From Candidatus Woesearchaeota archaeon (GTDB taxonomy: Archaea > Nanobdellota > Nanobdellia > Woesearchaeales > JAZDKJ01), in contig JAZDKJ010000002.1 of NCBI GenBank assembly GCA_043803105.1, forward strand, positions 32,001 through 96,000: a stretch of DNA of 64,000 nt, read 5' to 3'. The notes below the pieces were generated by a model. The model was given only the letters and a program-made list of their open reading frames with translations, did not search any database and was not told the DNA's origin. The position numbers were made by a program, and so were the translations under genes. Below, one piece after another: positions 57,957 through 64,000 of this stretch; position 1 is the first letter of the stretch, and every line of letters begins with the position of its first letter.

Positions 57957-58862
57957 ATGCGAACCTTGACATGTCCTCTGCTTTCCAAGCTTGACGAAGC
58001 TAGCTACCTCAATCTGATAACGCATGTATTTGCCTCTGGCAAAGGTGCTGAGCGCTTGTTTATTCTTGGCTCAAACGGTGAGTTCGACAGTCTGTCAATG
58101 CCAGAGAAAAAATTTCTCGTTGATATTGCTGCATATGAAGTCAGGAAGTTAAAGGCAAAACTTGGTCCTATTATTCCAGAGCTCGCAGTAGGCATAACGT
58201 CAGAGAGCCTTGACGAGACCATCGAGCTCGCACAATACGCAGAGCGATTGGGAGCTGATTATATCGTGTTAATGCCTTTGTATGTGCTGCAGAATGACCC
58301 ATTCTGCCACGGCCAGAGTGCAGTGCAGGTAGCAGATACCTGCCTGCGATATACTAGGTCTATTCCTTTGATATTGTACAATAATGCTGAAAAGGCAGGA
58401 AGAAATCTTGACCCAAGCGAAGTCGCTAAGCTTGGCTCAAACCGTAGGGTTGTGGCCTGCAAGGACAGTTCAGGTGATCCTCAATTGACCGACAAGCTTG
58501 CAGAAGCTTTGGGGCCAAAGGTAGAAATGCTCGTTGGGGACGAGGTCAAAGGTTTAAGTGAGCCACACGACGGAATTGTCGCAGGCTCTTCAAATGTGCT
58601 GCCTGTGGCATGGCAGATCGCAACCAAGCGAGAAATACATGACTCAAAAATGGCATACATCGCCGGACACCTTGCTGATTTTCCGCAGGTCTACAGGGAT
58701 AATCCTATAGGTGCATTTCATTACTTGCTCTTCAGGATGGGTGTTTTTGAATCCCCAGAACCTATTAATCCAGGCCTAAAGGTTAATATTGCTCAGACGC
58801 AGCGCCTTGACAAGCTATTGCGGGAAACGGATTTCAAAGACTTGTATTCTTTGAATCATTAG
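57957..58862 (+). CDS. DHDPS/NAL-family aldolase
   Basis: LGSNGEF, ILYN, Schiff-base Lys in CKDSSGD, VGDE; start moved to ATG 57957. Confidence 0.85.
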   Translation: MRTLTCPLLSKLDEASYLNLITHVFASGKGAERLFILGSNGEFDSLSMPEKKFLVDIAAYEVRKLKAKLGPIIPELAVGITSESLDETIELAQYAERLGADYIVLMPLYVLQNDPFCHGQSAVQVADTCLRYTRSIPLILYNNAEKAGRNLDPSEVAKLGSNRRVVACKDSSGDPQLTDKLAEALGPKVEMLVGDEVKGLSEPHDGIVAGSSNVLPVAWQIATKREIHDSKMAYIAGHLADFPQVYRDNPIGAFHYLLFRMGVFESPEPINPGLKVNIAQTQRLDKLLRETDFKDLYSLNH

Positions 58863-58863
58863 C

Positions 58864-60969
58864 CTATTCCATCGGCACTTCACTCCAGAGCACCCATTCA
58901 TTGCTCGGTGAGTAAGCACCAAAAATGTAGAACGGTGGGTTAGTCACTCCATACCACCTGTCTTCCATACCGTGCCATTGTCTCGGCCCGAAACGTCCTG
59001 AGAATGTTGAATAGACAGGGCTTCCGAGGAGTGACCATGGCTCTGTGAGTATCCTACCCTCCTCAAACCTGTCCTCTCCCCAGCCCTCAGACACTATTGT
59101 GCCTGCATAGCCTTTTTTCTTGAGATAGGTAAGCACATCCTTTAGCGGGAGGTCTCCTTGTCCTGCTGGCAAGTGGTCATGCCCAAAGGAGAGCGAGTCC
59201 ACAAGGTGTATGTGCCCGATTATTTTCTTGGCTTCAAGCTCTTTTACCTCTTCCATGTACCAGTCCCTGAACCTCTTGTCTGTGTCCTGCTTTGTCTCTC
59301 CAGGTTTTGGCACAAAGTGGGCCCTCCACATTCCAAGGTGCTGTGTGTCTAGTGTCGCCTTGATGTGGTCTTCTGCCTCTTTTGCTGCCTGCTCTTTTGT
59401 CATCCCTGATACATAGTTTGGGTTGGACACTTTTGTTAGCTTGAAATCCTTGTCAAACCTTCTTTGAGGATCGTCTATCATTGGTTGTGTGAGCGCCTTG
59501 ATCATCTCTTCCCTTGCCTTTGATACCAATTCCTTGAGTTCTTCAGGGTGTGAGCCGTATCCCATTTCCGGGAATATGTTTTCCGGCGCCACAAAAAGCG
59601 GTTTTTTTACATGCTGGTTTGTTGTGGTCTGCTGCATTGCGTGTATTCCTGCCTCTGCGTAAGATTTGAATGTCTGCTCTTTTGCGTATTCGCTCACTGG
59701 CTTGACATGGTCGAGTGTGTCCTGTATTGTGTCTGCCTGCGCGTCTGCTGCTGCGCTTGCCTCATGGGTATACTGCAGCCCTTGTTCTATCTGTCGCAGG
59801 TCCTCTTTGATGATTTCAGTAGGCAACCTACTGGTAGGCAGCACAAATTTTGCCGAGCTTCCGTAAATTCTCGGCGCATCCTGTTGCATTATTTTCCATA
59901 CCTCCTCTTTGGGCATCTCCTTTTCGAGCTTCTCATAGATTTTTAATGCCTGCCTTAATGCCTCGGCAGACCGTCTCTGCTCCTCATATTGCCTGCCGTG
60001 ATAGAGCGATGAGCCCCTGTACTGAAGCATCTGCGTTTGCATCTGTATCTTGAATGCCATCTCCTCTGCGGTGATCTGCTTGTTTAGGTTCTTCTCGTTT
60101 TCCCATTTGGTTCGCTCTTCGATTTCTGTCCAGCCCAGCTTTTGCGTCTTGAATCTTGATTCCTTTGGGTCCCAGATTGCCACTCTCTTGAATAGGTCGT
60201 TTGGGTTTATTGGGTCAAGATAATGCCCCTCGCCATCTATCCAATCTCCTTTGTGAATCTTCACTTTGTTTCCACGAAGGTCTTCTCCTTCGTGTTCATG
60301 GTCTGCTGACTTGTACTCAGGCTCCCTTATCACTTGGCTTTTTCGCACGTCAGAGATTATCCTTCCTGTTCTGTCGTCCACCATGTATGTTATGGCCCTT
60401 CCCGGTTCTTCCTGGTAGCCCAGGAATCTGTAACTGCCATCAGGCTCTTTTGCCCATTTCTGTTCTGATATTGGCCTTTGGAATTCTCCTGTGTGCAGCA
60501 CTACCGCTCCCCCCTGCGCAACGTCTGCTGCAAAGTCTATTGCTTTCTTTATCTCTTCGACTGATGTTTTTCTCTGCTCGTCAGAAAATCCGTGTTGCGG
60601 ATTAAAGCCCGAGAGATTGCCTATCTGGACAGGCGAGTGCACGCTTGTGAACTCAACCCCAGCTGCCTCCTTCATCTCGCGTAGCGCCTCTCTCGCTTCC
60701 CTTCCATAGCTGCCTGCACCTACCGCTTCTGCGCCCCCACCCATGCTTGTTGCAAGCTCAATTTTTCCAGCGCCAGCCCTTATTGCTGCTGTGGTGCTCT
60801 GTATCAGATGTCCTAGCCTTCCTCCCTCGCCCACTGTCTGCCCCAGCGCTGAGGTAGGCATTATCGGTTCTATCGGCTTTTCAATGTCAACAATCTCGTC
60901 TGCCAGTTTGCCGTAGCCAGAAAGGTATGGGTGCGCGTACATATTGTTGAACATCATTGTTGATACCAC
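58864..60969 (-). CDS. xylose-isomerase/AP-endonuclease-2-like TIM-barrel protein with large insertion
   Basis: SVHSP, VVLHTGE, APEN, DTQH, HIHLVD, DHLPAGQG, VSEG. Confidence 0.8.
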   Translation of the reverse strand: MVSTMMFNNMYAHPYLSGYGKLADEIVDIEKPIEPIMPTSALGQTVGEGGRLGHLIQSTTAAIRAGAGKIELATSMGGGAEAVGAGSYGREAREALREMKEAAGVEFTSVHSPVQIGNLSGFNPQHGFSDEQRKTSVEEIKKAIDFAADVAQGGAVVLHTGEFQRPISEQKWAKEPDGSYRFLGYQEEPGRAITYMVDDRTGRIISDVRKSQVIREPEYKSADHEHEGEDLRGNKVKIHKGDWIDGEGHYLDPINPNDLFKRVAIWDPKESRFKTQKLGWTEIEERTKWENEKNLNKQITAEEMAFKIQMQTQMLQYRGSSLYHGRQYEEQRRSAEALRQALKIYEKLEKEMPKEEVWKIMQQDAPRIYGSSAKFVLPTSRLPTEIIKEDLRQIEQGLQYTHEASAAADAQADTIQDTLDHVKPVSEYAKEQTFKSYAEAGIHAMQQTTTNQHVKKPLFVAPENIFPEMGYGSHPEELKELVSKAREEMIKALTQPMIDDPQRRFDKDFKLTKVSNPNYVSGMTKEQAAKEAEDHIKATLDTQHLGMWRAHFVPKPGETKQDTDKRFRDWYMEEVKELEAKKIIGHIHLVDSLSFGHDHLPAGQGDLPLKDVLTYLKKKGYAGTIVSEGWGEDRFEEGRILTEPWSLLGSPVYSTFSGRFGPRQWHGMEDRWYGVTNPPFYIFGAYSPSNEWVLWSEVPME

Positions 60970-61547
60970 TCCAGGAAGCTTTTTGCCATTTTTTGCGAGG
61001 CATTGAACTCTTCCGCCAGGTGCCCAGGTACCCTATAATCCTGCTGCTTGTCCATGCGCTCGCGCTCTCCTGCCTCCACGTATGCATGCATTATGTGCTC
61101 CCTTGTCTCCTGTGCCAGATATCCCTTATCTTGTATCTCTTGTTTTGCCTCGTTGTAAAGGTTGTGAACCTCTGATATGAATTCTTCTGTCGGCCTCTTG
61201 AGGTGTGCTATAACGTATTGCCTTTCCTCCTGAATTTTCTTTTGAAGCCCGACATCTTTTATAGTCTCTTCAAGGCTCTCTTCCTGTGTTTCTGTCTTGT
61301 CGGCAAACCTTTTGGTTGCAAATATCTGCTTTTCCTCCCTGGTGAACAGATTTTCTATGTTCACTGACCTTGCTTGAGGTATAGGCATCTCTTTCTTTAT
61401 TTCCTCCTCCCTGCCTATCTCGTTTTCTGACTCGCTGATTAGCTTTCTTGCCTCCTCAATCTCTTTCTTTTTTTCCTCCTCCATCTGCTTTAGCACTCTT
61501 ATTCTCTCTTCAGGAGACATTTTTTTGAGGTCTTCTAGCTTTGCCAT
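60954..61547 (-). CDS. hypothetical coiled-coil protein
   Basis: Highly charged helical ORF overlapping the start of the TIM-barrel gene. Confidence 0.75.
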   Translation of the reverse strand: MAKLEDLKKMSPEERIRVLKQMEEEKKKEIEEARKLISESENEIGREEEIKKEMPIPQARSVNIENLFTREEKQIFATKRFADKTETQEESLEETIKDVGLQKKIQEERQYVIAHLKRPTEEFISEVHNLYNEAKQEIQDKGYLAQETREHIMHAYVEAGERERMDKQQDYRVPGHLAEEFNASQKMAKSFLEWYQQ

Positions 61548-61568
61548 GTTTTTACGAAAAAAAGTAAG

Positions 61569-62999
61569 TTACCACGCTATCATCTGGTTTGCTTTCTTGT
61601 AGTTCTTGTATACAAGCCACATCTTTGCCCTTGCAGCCCCCATCGCATTGCCAACCTCTTTTTCCTGCTTGAAAGGGTCCATTGCCTTTTCTCCTTTTTT
61701 TTCTTTTTTCGGCACGAGTGCGTCAGCAAACTCCGCAAATCCCTTTCCCACGCTTGCCAACGGGTCAAACACATTCATTTTAGGCTTCTCAACCTTGGCT
61801 GGCACCTTTGTTTCCACAGATTCTCCTGCTTCCTGTAGGTATTTCTGCAGCTCCTCGCCAAGCGCCTCCATTGCTGCTTTTACTGAGCCGTCAATCAACC
61901 CTATCATTTCAAAGTTCTCGAGGTTTCTCATTTTCTTGTAGCATTCCACGTCATTGTCTGTCCATGCATAAGGCCGCAATGTTATCCTGAGCTCTCCCAC
62001 ATGGAGAGGCCCTCTTTGGTATCCTTCCTGAACATAGCTCATCTGGGGCATTGTCCTGTATTGGAATGATGCAAGCACCACTCCCTTGTATTTGCTGTTT
62101 CCCGCCGGAGTGAACTTTGCTAAAAACTCTATCTCTATCATCGAGCCCTCGAAAGCTGAGATCAGGTCAGGCGTCTCTGCCTTTGCGGCATCTAACTGGA
62201 GCCTTTGGATGTTTTTTAGATAAGGTTTTACCCAGCTCATATACATCTGGATTATGTCATAATGCTGCCTTAAGTATTTGAGCGTGAAATTGTGCCTGCT
62301 CTGCAGTTCTTTGTAGGTTGCCTCCTTCCATTTCATGAAGCTTAACAGTTTTCTTTTGAGCACGTTCTTTACAGCCTTGTTGAACTGTAGCTTATCGACC
62401 ACAGTACCGACTTCCTCTGAAGTATCCGGGTTTGTGCCGAAGAATAGATCAGGCAGGGTCGTGAACTGTAAGTCCCTTGCCATCCCATACACTGATGCAG
62501 GGCTTTTTGCCCCTCCCTCAGCCATGTCTATGAAAATCCCCTTTAGGGTTATCTCTGCCGGTTCAGCCTCCTTGGCGCTAGGTGAATTGCTTTGCTCATA
62601 GTAGGACAGCCTTTCCTTTAGGATTCTTATCTCCCTTACCAATTGGAACAGCTCCTTTACCATCTTTCCGATTGTTGCCAGGAATTGGGAAACCTTGTCC
62701 TGCTGCAGCCCAATCCTTTGCTGCGCCACCCCAAAGAATGCCGAGTGCTCAGATGCTGCAAACACGTCAGTGATTTTTTCCACATCTATCATCGCCATGT
62801 CATAGCGCAGGTAATTAAGTATCCAGAAGTAAGATGCCTCTATCGATGTTGAGAATGAGTCATGCACAAGCCTGTACCTGAACTTGTTTGCCGGATAGTC
62901 CAGTATTGCCATCTGTTCTATTCCAAACTCTACCTCTTCGCGCTTGTATTCCTTGAAATAGTCCTCTTTTGTTTTTATATCCTCAGGCTTTATTGGCAA
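61569..62999 (-). CDS. hypothetical protein (476 aa, helical)
   Basis: Long ORF, TTG start with GAGGTG RBS. Confidence 0.8.
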   Translation of the reverse strand: MPIKPEDIKTKEDYFKEYKREEVEFGIEQMAILDYPANKFRYRLVHDSFSTSIEASYFWILNYLRYDMAMIDVEKITDVFAASEHSAFFGVAQQRIGLQQDKVSQFLATIGKMVKELFQLVREIRILKERLSYYEQSNSPSAKEAEPAEITLKGIFIDMAEGGAKSPASVYGMARDLQFTTLPDLFFGTNPDTSEEVGTVVDKLQFNKAVKNVLKRKLLSFMKWKEATYKELQSRHNFTLKYLRQHYDIIQMYMSWVKPYLKNIQRLQLDAAKAETPDLISAFEGSMIEIEFLAKFTPAGNSKYKGVVLASFQYRTMPQMSYVQEGYQRGPLHVGELRITLRPYAWTDNDVECYKKMRNLENFEMIGLIDGSVKAAMEALGEELQKYLQEAGESVETKVPAKVEKPKMNVFDPLASVGKGFAEFADALVPKKEKKGEKAMDPFKQEKEVGNAMGAARAKMWLVYKNYKKANQMIAW

Positions 63000-63047
63000 C
63001 CATTCACCTCTTTTGGATTTTCTTTCTTTTTGCGTTTATAATTATTT

Positions 63048-63296
63048 CTATTGTTCGCGGAATTTCGCCCTGCGCTTTTCCTTTATGATTACCACGTTTC
63101 CTCTTTGGAAAATCAAATCTGACTGTGTCCCTTTGATTATCTTTTTGATGGTGTCTTCCCTTTCCGCATTCTCCAGGCTGCTCTTCAATATCTTTATTTT
63201 CACTGTCTTTCGCGCCCTTAATTGTTTTATGATTTCTTCTAATGTGTTTTCTGTTACTCCGTTTTTTCCTATTTGCACTGTGGTTGATTCAATCAC
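63048..63296 (-). CDS. yhbY: YhbY/CRM RNA-binding protein
   Basis: VQIGKNGVT, VKIKIL, RGNVVII. Confidence 0.85.
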   Translation of the reverse strand: MIESTTVQIGKNGVTENTLEEIIKQLRARKTVKIKILKSSLENAEREDTIKKIIKGTQSDLIFQRGNVVIIKEKRRAKFREQ

Positions 63297-64000
63297 TTTT
63301 GCTGCCTCGGGTGCTCGTGCCCTAGTTCCTTTCTTTTCTTCAATTCAGCTATGTGGCACAACTTGGTTATCACTATTTTCTCACTGTCATTTGTTGCTTC
63401 TTCAAGTATGATCGATGCCCTGTCTCCCCCAAGGAAGTGTGGCAGAATCACATAATCTGCCCCGTAATCATAGAGCTTTAGTGCCTCGTCCAACTTATTT
63501 GCCGTCACAAATATGGCAGCCTTTTCGTTTACGTGCTTGATTTTTTTTATCAGGAGCATGTTATCAAATAGGTTTGGCACTGTTGAGATTATGAAGTGCG
63601 CGTCTTTAAGGTTGATTTTTTCCAGTATTTCCACATCGCTTATGTCTCCATACACACAGTGGATTTTTTCCTTGATAAGCTTCTTTATTACATCAGGGTT
63701 GTAATCAACAACAAGCCAGCTTTTGCCTATTTTGTTCATTGTGTTTGCAATGGAATAGCCAATCCTATCATAGCCGATTAGCACCACATCGTATTGCTTG
63801 TTCTCTTCCCTGTACTCCAAGTCCCCAAATCCTCTCCGATCGAACATGGTTAACTTGCTGGCTAGAATGTTATACAGCTGGTTGTCGTACTTGCTTAGGT
63901 ATGTTGTCCATGTCATGCTCACCACAGCAAGCATTACTGCGAGTGACGCAAGCTCTACTGACACCTGGCCGAGCATAAGTCCCTGTGCTGCTATTATTAG
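63293..64000 (-). CDS. Kef-type cation/H+ antiporter, C-terminal part with KTN/TrkA-N domain (5' end outside window)
   Basis: Last TM helices, IGYDRIG, VVDYNP, YGD, GADYVILP. Confidence 0.85.
   Translation of the reverse strand, partial: LIIAAQGLMLGQVSVELASLAVMLAVVSMTWTTYLSKYDNQLYNILASKLTMFDRRGFGDLEYREENKQYDVVLIGYDRIGYSIANTMNKIGKSWLVVDYNPDVIKKLIKEKIHCVYGDISDVEILEKINLKDAHFIISTVPNLFDNMLLIKKIKHVNEKAAIFVTANKLDEALKLYDYGADYVILPHFLGGDRASIILEEATNDSEKIVITKLCHIAELKKRKELGHEHPRQQK

Noticed and set aside
1-64000. tRNA, rRNA, CRISPR array, integrase or transposase
   Set aside because: No cloverleaf/T-loop, rRNA-like tract, repeat-spacer array or recombinase motif seen by eye; tRNAscan-SE/Infernal would be needed to be certain

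Overview
Chromosomal window from an archaeon, most likely DPANN (Woesearchaeota/Nanobdellota-like). This assignment is inference from TFB, aIF2-gamma, Taw3, TrmB regulators, EndoQ, a PGF-pre-PGF surface protein, TATA-type promoters and many orphan ORFs. Recognisable genes include corA, pyrF, metG, hicBA, endoQ, dus, a CDF transporter, yhaM-like HD nuclease, an ADP-forming acetate-CoA ligase-GNAT fusion, sod, mtaB, an NDP-sugar operon, eif2g, tfb, ahcY, taw3, yhbY and a 3164-aa surface protein. I saw no rRNA, tRNA, CRISPR array, integrase or transposase. Best leads: (1) a signal-less subtilase with an unusual N-terminal extension, followed by a stand-alone I9-like inhibitor ORF and a convergent hyper-acidic 37-aa peptide; (2) a ribbon-helix-helix/sugar-nucleotidyltransferase fusion with 10-bp-phased direct repeats around its own TATA box; (3) a TrmB regulator with a 22-bp palindrome in front of each of two tandem AAA_28-like paralogues, one with a dead P-loop; (4) an operon with a TIM-barrel metalloenzyme carrying a ~300-aa helical insertion; (5) nested hairpin elements at 42.9-43.1 kb; (6) several small genes missed by the ORF track. 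All family calls are from motif recognition by eye, not database searches.
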